NCBI GenBank assembly: GCA_001724265.1
Contig: MEDY01000073.1
Location: forward strand, 1-64,000
Length of the DNA stretch: 64,000 nucleotides
Direction: 5' to 3'
Origin: Rhizaria sp. SCN 62-66
Taxonomy: Eukaryota
Shown: piece after piece, positions 1-10,658 of the stretch
Layout: each line of letters begins with the position of its first letter
Numbering within the stretch: the stretch's first letter is position 1
The notes under the pieces: model-generated
What the model was told of the DNA's origin: nothing
The model's input: only the letters and a program-made list of their open reading frames with translations
Databases searched by the model: none
Translations under genes and position numbers: made by a program

Positions 1-1
1 G

Positions 2-202
2 CGCTCCCGTATCAACCCCCGCCACATCCAGCTCGCGGTCGGCAACGATGAGGAGCTCCGCAAGCTGCTCGGCTCTGCCACCATCGCCTCCGGTGGTGTT
101 CTCCCCCACATCGAGGAGGCTCTCCTCCCCAAGTCCAAGAAGGCCAAGGCCCCTAAGGCTGAGGGCAAGAAGGACAAGAAGGTCGGCTCCCAGTCCTACT
201 AA
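2..202 (+). CDS. H2AX: Histone H2A, H2A.X-like variant (C-terminal part; 5' end lies outside the window)
   Basis: Frame 2 reads [66 protein letters not shown]. This is the H2A histone-fold end and docking domain ([15 protein letters not shown]...TIA.GGVLP.I...LLPK), ending in an SQ-x-aromatic motif. Stop TAA at 200-202. Absent from the ORF track. Confidence 0.95.
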   Translation, partial: RSRINPRHIQLAVGNDEELRKLLGSATIASGGVLPHIEEALLPKSKKAKAPKAEGKKDKKVGSQSY

Positions 203-336
203 GCGCTCCTCCCGGTACAATTACATGGGGGCGATATGCTTTGCTTTGATCTGTGGTTGCACGTAACCTCATAATCAGTCCTTGTGACCACAACAAAATT
301 ACAAAACAACAACAAAACAATTAAAAACAAAACTCT

Positions 337-352
337 GGCGTTTTTCAACGCC
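337..352 (+). promoter_or_regulatory. Histone mRNA 3' stem-loop
   Basis: GGCGTT-TTTC-AACGCC is a perfect 6-bp stem with a 4-nt UUUC loop. It has an A-rich 5' flank and TCCCAA 3' flank and lies 135 nt after the H2A stop. Same geometry as the canonical GGCUCU-UUUC-AGAGCC element. Confidence 0.8.
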
Positions 353-730
353 TCCCAATCTCAATCAAAACTCATCAACCTAATAAATTCTAGTACATGT
401 ATATGAATTGTTGAATATGAATTGTTGTGTACATTTTTTGTATTTTTGACCGTAGTTGTTGATGTCACGAATAGTACATGTAGTATATGCTAAATGCTTG
501 CGGTCCTCCGTGTATTCTGGCGCAGCGTCACCGCAAAGTCGATGTTTATGAAGTTGTGATTCAATCAAATAACATGAAGAATACAGATATCCAATGTCTA
601 GGTAAAATGTATTTCTGGCCTTGCAGTGACTTAGCACTGCAAGCGCGCTCTGAATATTAATAATAAGTACTACCAATGCCAGTGTTAGTTTGGAGGCGTC
701 ACGACACAATGAACAAGAAGAAATTCTCTC

Positions 731-3700
731 TTAATCCAGTTCGATAGGTTCCGCATCCGTGCCGGCGCCAAACACCGGCGCTGCAGCGGGCGCGGCGGAG
801 GCAGAGGCAGTCCTCGCAGCCGTTGTCGCTGGAGCTGCTGCAGTCGTTGCCGCGGACACCGCTCTGGCCTGCTGCTGCTGCTGTTGCTGCTGTTGCTGTT
901 GCGACTGCTGCTGCGGTTGCTGTTGTTGTTGGCCCGCGGGCGCGGGCAGCTGCACCTCGGTCTTCGCTGTGACGGCGTCGGCAGCCGCGGCAGTCGCTGT
1001 CGCGGCCTTCTTGGCGGGCGGCGGCGGCGGCGCTTGGTCGTCGTCGTCACTCAGGCACATCACGCTGTCGTCGTCGCTGTCCGCCGCCGCGGCCGCCGCC
1101 GCACCGCCGCTGCCGGCCTTGGCTGCCGCAGCGTCCGCCTTCGCCTTGGCCTTTGCCTTGGCCGCGGTCTCCGCCTCGGCGGCGGCGATGGCTGTGGCGA
1201 GGTTGGTGGCGGCCGTGTTGAGCTCGGCGACGGTGCGCGCCAGCAGTGCGAGCACGATGGCGATCTCGCTGGCCTGCTCCACGCCGCCGATGGCGGCCAC
1301 GGCCGCCGTCTGCGAGGGCGGGATGGGCGCGCCCGTGGCCTGGTCGTAAGCCATATACGGCCCGGGTCCGAAGGCGCGCACGAGCGAGACGGACTCGGGG
1401 TAGGAGCGGAGCGCGATATGCACGCGCTCCGACACGGCCAGCTCGTCCACAAGCACCGTGCGGTTGCAGAAGTGGCACTGCGACACGTTGTTGGCGAACG
1501 TCAGGAACGACGACAGGTCCATGCACGCCACGTGCTTGCACTGCGAACCGCGCACGGGGACCTTGATACGCGCCAGCGACATGGGGCACGTGAGCACGAC
1601 GTTGACGGGCTCGTCCGAGACGACGAGGTCGTCGTCGTCGCCGCGATTGCGCGTCGCCAGCCGCGGCCCGCCCGCCGCCCCGTTCGACGCCGATCTGCCC
1701 CCGCCGCCGCCACCGCCGCCGTTGGCCTGCTCCTGCTCGAGCGCGAGCGCGGCGAAAACCTCTTTGTGGGCGCGCAGTTCGCGGACGAAGGCCGGGTTGG
1801 CCCGCAGCGCCTGCGCCACGGCGCCCATGCCCGCTGCCGCCGCCGCCTCGCTCACGGGCGCGCCGGGGCTGGCGTTTGCGGGGGAGGTTTTGTTGCCCTC
1901 TGAGTCGACGAGTCCGGCGGCGATGGCTTCGGCCTCGGCGGGCGAGGCTGCCGCGTTGCAGCGCGCGGCAACAGCGGCGACGGCGGCCGCGACCTCATAG
2001 ACCGAGTATTTGCGCTGGCCAACGACGCGCGCGTCCAGGGCGCGCCAGATGCGACACGACGTCTTATGCTTCGCCCAGTGCTCCACCTACGCCGATTGAA
2101 AAAGAAGAAACGATCATTTGAAGCGGGCATGAATGTAAGATATGATATGTTATTCACAAAAAAATTATATTAGTTCGTGTACAATACATACGTGCTTGTT
2201 GAATTAAATGCTAGCAGGATGGTGATTGATGTCGTACCTGGTGCTCGCGGCCGCAGTACCACTCGAAGCGGCAGGTGGAGCAGCGCTGCACGTCGGGGCT
2301 GCCGCAGACAGAGCACTGCACGGGCTCGTGTACCGACGCGTGGCACCGCGCGAACTCGAGCCCGTGGATGCCGCCAGGGACCTTGGTGATGTCGGCGCGT
2401 GCGAGCGCGGCCGCGACGGCAGGGTACCCGTCCGGCTTGAACACGTCGACGACCCGGGCGGTCTGCTCGTTCACCATCTGGCGGATCTCGCGCGTGTACG
2501 CCAGCCCCGGGTCCACGTCGACCCAGGGAAGCGCCTTGATGCGGTCCGCCACCTGCTGCGGCGTGCACACGCGCATCTTCTCGATCAGCACGCAGCACAT
2601 CCATGGGTCCGGCGACAGGTCGTTGCGCTTGATGGCGAATTCGAGGTTGCTGACGAAGTCCTCTGGCCGCGCCGCGCCGGGCGTCGTCGTGTTGGCGGGC
2701 AGGCGCAGGTACTCGGTCAGGTCCACGCCGTCGAGCAGCGGGTAGCACTGCTTCGTGTGGCTGTTGCTCAGCACCTTCTGGTACGCCGTGAGGTCGAACT
2801 TGGGGTAGAGCGCGTGCGGGATGCCCGCCGCGGCAGGGAACGACAGCGGCTCGGGCCGGTACGGCACGCCGCGCCGCGTGTGCGCCGCCTCGCGCTCGCG
2901 CTCGCGCGCGTCGTGCGCGGCCTGCGCGTCGGCGCGCTCCTTGGCCGTCGCCGTGGGCGCCACCCAGGCGTGGAACATCGTCTCAAAGGGCTGCGCCTGG
3001 CAGTTACGCAGGAAGGCGCGCCACCCTTCTGGCAGAGGGCCCGCGGGCCGAAGCCCGAAGGTGACGCGCGTGTCGTCGGAGCGCACCTTGGCCTGCATCT
3101 CGGCCTTAGTCTCGAGCGCGCGGCGCACGCCGACAAGGCGCGCAATGACGACCTCGCCCTCCTGCAGCGGCAGGCAGTTGACGCGCTTGAACATGGCGCG
3201 CCACGTGCGCGTGGTGACGCCTGTCGAGAGCCCGTCGGCCGTGACGCCCGTGTCCTCCTCGCGCGGCACGAACGGCGTGAAGGCCAGCGTCTCCAAGTAT
3301 TGCATCGTCGGCCGGCACGCGGCGCGCACCTTGCGCAGCGCGCTCACGTGCTGTCCCACGCTCAGCAGCGTCCGGCTGTCGTAGCCGCCTAAGTACTGCC
3401 CGTGGAAGCTCTCGCTCGGCGCGGGAAAGCTCGACGTCGCAAACGGCAGCGCGTCCGCGGGCGGCAGCGGCATCAGCAGCGCGCGTTCCTCGGGGGAAAG
3501 GTCCGGGTTGTCAACCTCGGCCACTTCCCCGCCCGCTCCTGAGGCCGCTGCGACAGCGGCGACGGCGACAGGTGCGGCGGCGGCGGCGCGCGCACCCGCC
3601 TGCTGCTGCTGCTGCTGCTGGGTCCGGTGCTGCGCAATGAGGCTGTCGTAGACGGAGGTCTTGAGGTGCGCGGGCGCGTTGACGTAGGCGGCGGCGGCCT

Positions 3701-3829
3701 GGCTGCCGACCGACTGGCACAACGACGCGTACCTCCGCTGGTCCAGCTCTGCCGCGGCCGCCGCCGGGCCCTGCAGCTGCTGCGCTTGCTGCTGCTGCTG
3801 CTGCTGCTGGAACTGGTACTGCGGCTGCT

Positions 3830-3863
<34 letters not shown>

Positions 3864-4277
3864 GAACTGGCCCTCGCGCGGCGGAAACATGGCGCCGGCA
3901 GCCTGCTGGTACTGGAACTGCGGCGGCTGCTGCTGCGCGCGGTGGCCGTTAAGGGCGGCGTCGCCGGCCTGCACGAAGGTCGTCGCGGCAATCACGGTGG
4001 GGTCCGAGGCGAACATGTGCTTGTTTGGTGACACGCTCTGGATGGCGTTGACCACGCGGTGGATCAGCGTCTCCTTGTTCGCCACGCTCAGTCCCACCGT
4101 GATGAGTCCGCGCGAGCGGAGCAGCTTCCCCAGCGCCGTGAGGTCGTCTTTGCGGAACGACGGGAGCACGCCCGGGCGCAGACTCTGCGCGTCGTAGACG
4201 TGGTAGCTGTTGAGGTTGGGCACCGCCGCCGCGATGGCAGCGAAGAGGTCCGCCGACACCCACGCGATTGGGTTCAT
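731..4277 (-). CDS. Siz/PIAS-like SP-RING (MIZ) SUMO E3 ligase with a MYND zinc finger, about 1131 aa, 2 exons (4277-2238, 2086-731)
   Basis: Removing intron 2237-2087 (GTACGA...TAG, phase 0) joins two track ORFs and completes MYND CSVCGSPDVQRCSTCRFEWYCGREHQ|VEHWAKHKTSC. SP-RING reads LTCPMSLARIKVPVRGSQCKHVACMDLSSFLTFANNVSQCHFC. Also an acidic SIM-like DDDSVMCLSDDDD, a possible N-terminal SAP-like helix pair, and polyQ tracts. Confidence 0.85.
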
Positions 4278-5373
4278 TTCGCGGACTGACGCGTTCCGAG
4301 TTGCAAGGTGTGGTGGCTCAACAACTGCTGTATGTCTGATAGGTGTGTATGCGGGTTGCTGGAGAGAAGCTGCTGATGCAAGGGAGCAGGAGAGTGGACA
4401 AGGTCGTCAATGAATGTGAGGGGTGAGTGAGGACCAAGATGATGATGGATGTGGGTTCAAACATCACTCTCAGAAAATGTAAAATAAACAACATATATAA
4501 CACACAGCATAGTAGTTAGAAACAACAATCAAATGAACGCACAAAGATAGTTTACGGATGGGTTCAAAACGCGAGGAGCGCGGACTTGGTACCCCCCGCT
4601 GCGAACCACACTGGGCGCGCAGTCCCGTGCGGCCGAGAAGGCAAGGTTCAAAACACCAACTTATAGATAGCTTAACAAAAGTCTAGGAAGATGAGCCTAC
4701 GATATAGTCTACATCACAGCGGAAACAATGACATATTTTGTCTATGCCGTAATGAGCGTTTATTGAGACACATATACTGGTTGCCGAAGTTCAGGGTTGT
4801 GAGTCGAGTCAAGTGCTTGACATGCAGAAAAGACGCGACATATGCACCTAGATAAGATATTACAAGTTAAAAGCACCGACAGCACGCCAGCATTACACGC
4901 ATGGTATCCTCATAGCAATGACGAGTTGTCGCATGACCTTGTTGACATCATACACTGCTGCCTGGGAAACTGCGACACCCACTTGACGCCAACTCGAGAG
5001 CACGATCCAATGACAGTCATCTTACGATACATCCAAGGCTTCAGATTACACAATTTCAGGAGAATGTACTAAACACACAGGTTCACTAGAATTCACCACG
5101 GCTCAGCGAGTGAATGCCTTTAGCCAGGTTTGATCGAATCGTGTGATTCTTATCGGGTGCTGTAGCTTCCCGAACTTCCGTTGCAGCCGCAGAGAACTGG
5201 CGTACAAAATGCTTCGGAATTTGTAAAGATATCCTTCCACTGTCCGTCAGTGACAAAGTGAGCCTGCGATATCACACTGTCTTGCTGCGAAGCTTACGTA
5301 CTGTTTATTAAATTCTCATATGATCACTTTAACACTCTCTATCCCTCACCCTGCTCCTCCCTGCAGTGCCCCG

Positions 5374-8300
5374 ATGCCGCTCCCGACTGCGACTTCGTGC
5401 GCACTGCCCAACCGCGGCGCCATCGTCACCGCGGGCGACCGCCACCGCTGGCTCAACGCCGTGCTTGAGGCCCAGATTGCCGGCGAGGCCTACGCCTCCG
5501 TGGCGCGCTCTCTCATCGCGGCCGCCACTGCGACGGCCGGGTCGCTGCAGGAGTCGTTTGTGCCCGCGGCGCTGTCTGCGCTGGTGTCGGGCGACTACCT
5601 CGGCGTCGTCTCGGACGCCAGCCCCACGCTCTGCGCCAGCCTGCTCTCCGTTGTTTCCGCAGTGCTCCGCAACAAGACCAGCAAGCACACCGGCGCCGCT
5701 GCCGCTGCTGCTGGCGCTGCTGCTGGCGTGGAGCCCGCGCAGTGGTACGACGCGCTCACGCTCGCCATCACTGCCTGGATCACCAACAGCACCAGCGCCG
5801 ACACCACCGCCAACCCTGCGACCCCCGCCAGCACTGCGACCGCTAGCGCTCGCCCCGACGCGATGAGCGCGCTGGAGGAGCGCGACACGTTCGCCCTGCT
5901 CTGCGGCGTGGCGTTCCTCAGCGCCTACACGCAGGTCAACACCGCGGGCATCCCCCTGGCCCGCTCTCTGCCCGCCACCACAGACTCTGCCACCGCTGCG
6001 TCCGCTGCTGCGCCTGCTGCTGTGCCCGCGCACATCGCGCTGCTCGAGGGCTTCGTGCTGTCGCCGCCGGCCCGCGTGCGCGCCGCGCTGCCCGCGGCGC
6101 TGCGGCTTAACGGCGAGGACGCGTACCCGTGCCTGCACTACCCGCTGCTGCTGCTGCTGGCGCGCGCGCTGCTCACGGGCGTCTACGACCGCCGCCACGC
6201 GCGCCCCCCCACGTCCTTCGCGCTGCCCGCCGCGCGGCTGTGGGCGCTGCGCGCGCTCGCCGCGCACCACGCCGCGCTGCTCGACAACACGGCCAGCCTG
6301 GCCGAGGCCGCCAAGGTCGTCTTCCGCGACCTTGAGGTCGGCTACAGGCTCGGCGCCTTCAAAGCTGTGCGCGCGTTCCCGACCGTCGTGAGCGATAAGG
6401 ACCACTTCAGCGACACCGAGGCCGACACGGACGCGTCCGCGCCCGCCTCGGACGCCTCGGATGCGGACTCGGCCACTGGCTCCGACTCGGACGCCGGCGC
6501 GCCCGGCGGCGGCGACGACGGCGACGACGACGACGAGGGCGTCGAGGACGGCGAGGGCGGCAAGACGGCGGGCGGCGCGACGCGCCTGGTCAGCGCGGGC
6601 ATGGTGCCAAGCGCCACCGCGGCCGCGGGCTACCAGATGCCGCTGCCACCGCTGCCCGCGCCGCCCGCGCCGCTGCCGGCTCCCGCGCCCGGCACCGCCG
6701 CGGGCGGGCATTGGCACCCCCTCACGGCCGCCGCCGACGCCACAGTGAGCGCGGATGCGAGCGCGAGCGCGAACGCGAGTGCGTGCGGCGCTGCCGGCGC
6801 CGGCGGCGCGCTGGTGGCGGCCCCGGTGCTGCGCGCGCTGCGGCGCACGGTGCGCGCGTCGGTGTGCCTCGAGGCGGCGGCGATGGCGCGGCACTACTGG
6901 CAGTTCGCGCTGGCCAAGCGGCTGCTGGCGGCGGGCGTGGCTGCCAGCGGTTGCGCGGCGCGGTTGACGGGCGCGATGGGAGTGCGCACGCGCTACCAGC
7001 AGGACGCTAAGGCGCAGCTCATGCTCGTCGGCGCCACGGAGGCCGCCATGCTCACAGTCACTACCGCCGCCGCCGCCGCCGGCAGCGTCAGCACGAGCGC
7101 GAGCTGCGCGAGTGCGAGTTCGTGCGGAAACACTGTCAAGGTGACGCCCGCGGGCGCGATCGCGAAGACCATCGCCAAGACCTACCTTAAGTCCATCAAC
7201 AGCAACGACGGCGACAATAGCACGGCGACCGGGGCGTTGACCTTCGACCGCCCCGACGACGGGAGCTCTCTGGACGGCACCTACATCGCCGAGTCGCCCA
7301 TCGACGCTTATGACAATACGCTGCTGCTGCTGCCCGCCGTCGACGCCTCGACCGCGGGCTCGGCCGTGCCGCTGCTGCCTGCGGCCGCGCGCGCGACGGC
7401 GGCCGGCAACACCTTCAGCGCGCTGGGTCAGGCGGCGGCGCTGGCGTTCGCAGAGCACATTCAGGCCGCGCAGGCCGTGGGCGAGATCGCGACGCAGGAG
7501 GTGCTGGCGTACGTGTACGCGCCGCTCACGCAGGAGGCCCGCCACGGCGGCTACGACGACACGCTCAAGACGGAGCCCGTGGCCGCCGGCGCGGACGGCG
7601 CTGCGAGCGCGGACGGCGCGGAGACCAGGGTGCTCACGGCCGCAGAGGAGGACGCGCGCAAGCTCAAGCAGGCGCAGACCGCCGACGCGAACGCCGAAAC
7701 CAGTGCTGCCGCAACCGAGACTGTTTCTCCGACTGCGCACCAGGTCGAGGAGGAGCTGCCCGTGCTGGGGCTGCCGACGACCGTGGGCGTGACCGTGAGC
7801 AGCACGGGATCCCTCGCGCGCGACGCGCTGCTCACGCGCCCCTCGTGGGCCACGCACCTGCTGTGTCTGTACCAGCGCTCGCGGCTCGAGATCGGCGACT
7901 TCCGCCGCCAGATCCGCTCTTTCGCGCAGTTCGAGCTCATGGGCCACCTGTACCCGCCGTCGCTCGCGGCGCTGGCCCCAGCGCGCCTGCCGTGCCGCGC
8001 CCCGCGCACGCTGTCGGACGGGCGGCCGAACCCGTTGCACGCGCCGCACCTGGCTCCCGCGGCGCGCGCGGCCTCCCTGTCGCTGGTGCGCTGGCGCATG
8101 TCCGGACTCTTCACCTCGATGCTGCCACCCTGGTGGCTCACGCGCCGCGGCTTCGCAGACATCGCCATCAAGGCACAGCTGCGGCAGACCGCGCTCGACG
8201 CCTTCGTTCAGATCGGGCTCTGGGAGGCCGTCGTGGAGACGTATATCCAGCTCGGCCGTAACGCGCAGGCCGAGGAGCTCGTGCGCGCGCGGCTCCCCGG

Positions 8301-10464
8301 CAAGGGTTATCTCGCCGAGGCCGAGCCCATCAACAACATCGGCACCGAGCCGCCCTCGGCCGACGCCGACGCAGATGTGAACGATGGTGCTTGCGCCACG
8401 CCTGAGGCCGCTGGTAACGACGATGAGGACGACGACGAGGTCGCCGCGGTGACCACAGAGGACGTACTGGAGAGCGAGCAGCCGCTGACGAACGCGCAAC
8501 ACGCGCTGGCGACGGACGCCGTCGTGCGCTCGCGGTTTAGCATCATGGCCGGCGACTCCGTCTCGCTGCAGAAGCGCGGGCTTGATCTCCCGCAGTACAA
8601 GCTGTGGGCGCTGCTGGGCGACCTGCGGCGCGACCCGGCCTACTACGCGCGCTCCTGGGCCGAGTCGGGCGCCTCGTACCCGCGCGCGCAGCGCTCGCTG
8701 GGCTCCATGGCCATGGCCGCGCGCCGCTTCCAGGCCGCGCACGACCACTTCGTGCTGGCGCTCGAGATCAACCCCGCCAACGCGGAGATCTGGTTTGCGG
8801 CGGGCGCGTGCTGCATGGAGCTGCGGCAGTGGGACGGCGCGATCCGCTGCTTCACGGCGACCGTCAACACCAAGCCGACGTACCCCGACGGGTGGAACAA
8901 CCTCGCCGCGGCGCACATAAATCAGGGCAACAAGCGCTCGGCCTTCGCGGCGCTGGAGCACACGGTGCGGCTGAACCGCAAGTCGTGGAAGGTGTGGGAG
9001 AATTACCTGCACTGCGCGCTGGACCTGCGCAAGTACCAGGCGGCTGCGGCGGCCATGTCGGCGCTGGCGGACCTGCGCGGGACCACGGACGCGGGCACGC
9101 TGCTCCCGGTCCAGTTCTCGGGCCACCAGGCGCAGCTGCACATGATGGCGCTGGGCGAGCTCACGCGCGCCGCCGTCGCCGACGCCAAGGAGGCCTTTGC
9201 CAAGAACGTCGCCAGCAAGCACAGCGCGGCCGCGGCCGGCGCGGGTGCGGCTGCGGCTGCGGCCGAGTTCGACGGCAGCGCGATGGCGGTGTCGTTCCTC
9301 TCGCACAAGCTCATCGAGGTCCTGGTCAAGTTCGAGGGCATCTCCGCCTCGGTGGCCGCGCAGGAGTCGAACCTGGGCGGGCGCAAGCGCGGTGGCGGCG
9401 AGGCGGCGGGCGCGGGCAACAGCATTACGGCGCTGCTCGACGTGCGGCGCCGCGCGAACCGCGACAAGCTGGCGGCGCTGCAACAGGCGCGCGCAGAGGC
9501 CGAGGCGCGCGGCGAGACCGTGCCCGCGGACCTGGCCGAGCAGATCTCGCGTCTGCAGGCCAAGGACGATGCATCCGAGGCGCCCTTCATGCCCGTCGCC
9601 GCGGCTGGCGCTGCCGGCGCTGCAACGGGCGACATCCACGGCAAGCTCGTCAACGTGTCGCAGCGCTCGCAGGACGAGTTCGCCGCCGCTGAGAAGCAGA
9701 AGCAGGACCAGCACGATGAGCGCGACGCCGACGGCGACGCAGAGACGGACAAGGACGAGGACGAGGAGGAGAACGACGTCGTCGGCGAGCTTGCCCCGCT
9801 CCCCTCGAAGTCTAGCCGCGCGGGCGCGACCGCGCCGGACGCGGACGAAAAGCTGCGCGTGCACGCGCTGCCCAGCGGGCTGTCCTCCGGCATGGCGCCC
9901 GCGAACGCGCCGCTGTTCACGTCGTTGGGCCAGCAGTACCAGTGCTTCATCCAGGACTGCCTGGCGCGCGTGTATGCGGGTGTGCAGCAGTACGCGCAGG
10001 CGGCGTTGTCGTGCGAGAAACGCGCCGCACTCTTCACCAAGTCGGGCTCGGGCTGGGAGGACAACGCCGACGCCGTTGAGGAGGCCGAGTCGGCCGTCAT
10101 CGAGGCCGTGCAGTACTACAAGCTCGCCTGCGACGTCGAGACGCACATCGCGGCGACCGCGGCAGCCGCGGAGACGCGCCAGCAGGCGACGGCGGCGGCG
10201 GCCGCGGCGGCCACGGCGGCGCGCCTGCTGACCTCGCGGCTGCACGGCATGTTCGACCTGGCGGCGCGGCAAGCCAAGAGCGCGCGCGCGGCGCAGGCGG
10301 CGGCGGCCATGACGGCCAAGCTCGCCTACATCGCAACCTGGGCCGCCTCGGTCGCCAGCAGCGGCGGCTCTGCGGAGGCCAGTACTGGTAAGTCGGTCGG
10401 GCCGAGCGCCGACGACGGCTACGGCGGTTATGGCGGCGACAGCGGCTACGACGACTGGCGGTAA
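5374..10464 (+). CDS. TTC27: TTC27/Emw1-like tetratricopeptide repeat protein, single exon
   Basis: Family motif LTGAMGVRTRYQQDAKAQL, then LWALLGDL...AWAESG..YPRAQRSLG, and TPRs (LEINPANAEIWFAAG, YPDGWNNLAAAHI, NRKSWKVWENY). Start uncertain between ATG 5320 and 5374. Confidence 0.85.
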   Translation: MPLPTATSCALPNRGAIVTAGDRHRWLNAVLEAQIAGEAYASVARSLIAAATATAGSLQESFVPAALSALVSGDYLGVVSDASPTLCASLLSVVSAVLRNKTSKHTGAAAAAAGAAAGVEPAQWYDALTLAITAWITNSTSADTTANPATPASTATASARPDAMSALEERDTFALLCGVAFLSAYTQVNTAGIPLARSLPATTDSATAASAAAPAAVPAHIALLEGFVLSPPARVRAALPAALRLNGEDAYPCLHYPLLLLLARALLTGVYDRRHARPPTSFALPAARLWALRALAAHHAALLDNTASLAEAAKVVFRDLEVGYRLGAFKAVRAFPTVVSDKDHFSDTEADTDASAPASDASDADSATGSDSDAGAPGGGDDGDDDDEGVEDGEGGKTAGGATRLVSAGMVPSATAAAGYQMPLPPLPAPPAPLPAPAPGTAAGGHWHPLTAAADATVSADASASANASACGAAGAGGALVAAPVLRALRRTVRASVCLEAAAMARHYWQFALAKRLLAAGVAASGCAARLTGAMGVRTRYQQDAKAQLMLVGATEAAMLTVTTAAAAAGSVSTSASCASASSCGNTVKVTPAGAIAKTIAKTYLKSINSNDGDNSTATGALTFDRPDDGSSLDGTYIAESPIDAYDNTLLLLPAVDASTAGSAVPLLPAAARATAAGNTFSALGQAAALAFAEHIQAAQAVGEIATQEVLAYVYAPLTQEARHGGYDDTLKTEPVAAGADGAASADGAETRVLTAAEEDARKLKQAQTADANAETSAAATETVSPTAHQVEEELPVLGLPTTVGVTVSSTGSLARDALLTRPSWATHLLCLYQRSRLEIGDFRRQIRSFAQFELMGHLYPPSLAALAPARLPCRAPRTLSDGRPNPLHAPHLAPAARAASLSLVRWRMSGLFTSMLPPWWLTRRGFADIAIKAQLRQTALDAFVQIGLWEAVVETYIQLGRNAQAEELVRARLPGKGYLAEAEPINNIGTEPPSADADADVNDGACATPEAAGNDDEDDDEVAAVTTEDVLESEQPLTNAQHALATDAVVRSRFSIMAGDSVSLQKRGLDLPQYKLWALLGDLRRDPAYYARSWAESGASYPRAQRSLGSMAMAARRFQAAHDHFVLALEINPANAEIWFAAGACCMELRQWDGAIRCFTATVNTKPTYPDGWNNLAAAHINQGNKRSAFAALEHTVRLNRKSWKVWENYLHCALDLRKYQAAAAAMSALADLRGTTDAGTLLPVQFSGHQAQLHMMALGELTRAAVADAKEAFAKNVASKHSAAAAGAGAAAAAAEFDGSAMAVSFLSHKLIEVLVKFEGISASVAAQESNLGGRKRGGGEAAGAGNSITALLDVRRRANRDKLAALQQARAEAEARGETVPADLAEQISRLQAKDDASEAPFMPVAAAGAAGAATGDIHGKLVNVSQRSQDEFAAAEKQKQDQHDERDADGDAETDKDEDEEENDVVGELAPLPSKSSRAGATAPDADEKLRVHALPSGLSSGMAPANAPLFTSLGQQYQCFIQDCLARVYAGVQQYAQAALSCEKRAALFTKSGSGWEDNADAVEEAESAVIEAVQYYKLACDVETHIAATAAAAETRQQATAAAAAAATAARLLTSRLHGMFDLAARQAKSARAAQAAAAMTAKLAYIATWAASVASSGGSAEASTGKSVGPSADDGYGGYGGDSGYDDWR

Positions 10465-10658
10465 ACCGACCGATGATTGGAAACTTGCGTGTGAAATAAT
10501 AACACAAAGTTTGACAACGTATATCGACATGTGTCGATCAATACAACATTGAGATTTATAATTCGATCATGATTTATTGTTTGCAAGTCTTGCGTTTGTC
10601 TATGTAACCAAGTAAATAATCATTTCTCTTCGCGTTGCGTAGCTCGGCAAGAGCGACT

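Noticed and set aside
48..266. 72-aa track ORF at the window start
   Set aside because: Wrong frame; the real coding frame is histone H2A at 2-202.
380..709. 109-aa ORF and similar short ORFs in AT-rich spacers and introns (4842-5072, 15313-15636, 36097-36558, 41318-41752, 55273-55683)
   Set aside because: Composition matches UTR or intron DNA, with no coding bias and no recognisable motifs.
4631..4641. CCTTCTCGGCC on the minus strand resembling the U2 snRNA 5' end
   Set aside because: Not followed by TTTTGGCTAAGATCA or the GTAGTA branch-pairing sequence.
5329..10530. 1733-aa antisense ORF opposite TTC27, and many other long overlapping ORFs (e.g. 48954-51389, 53562-55316, 58961-60919, 10635-11840)
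   Set aside because: Shadow frames. High GC with G/C third positions removes stop codons on the opposite strand, and the translations are R/G/A/V-rich with no motifs.
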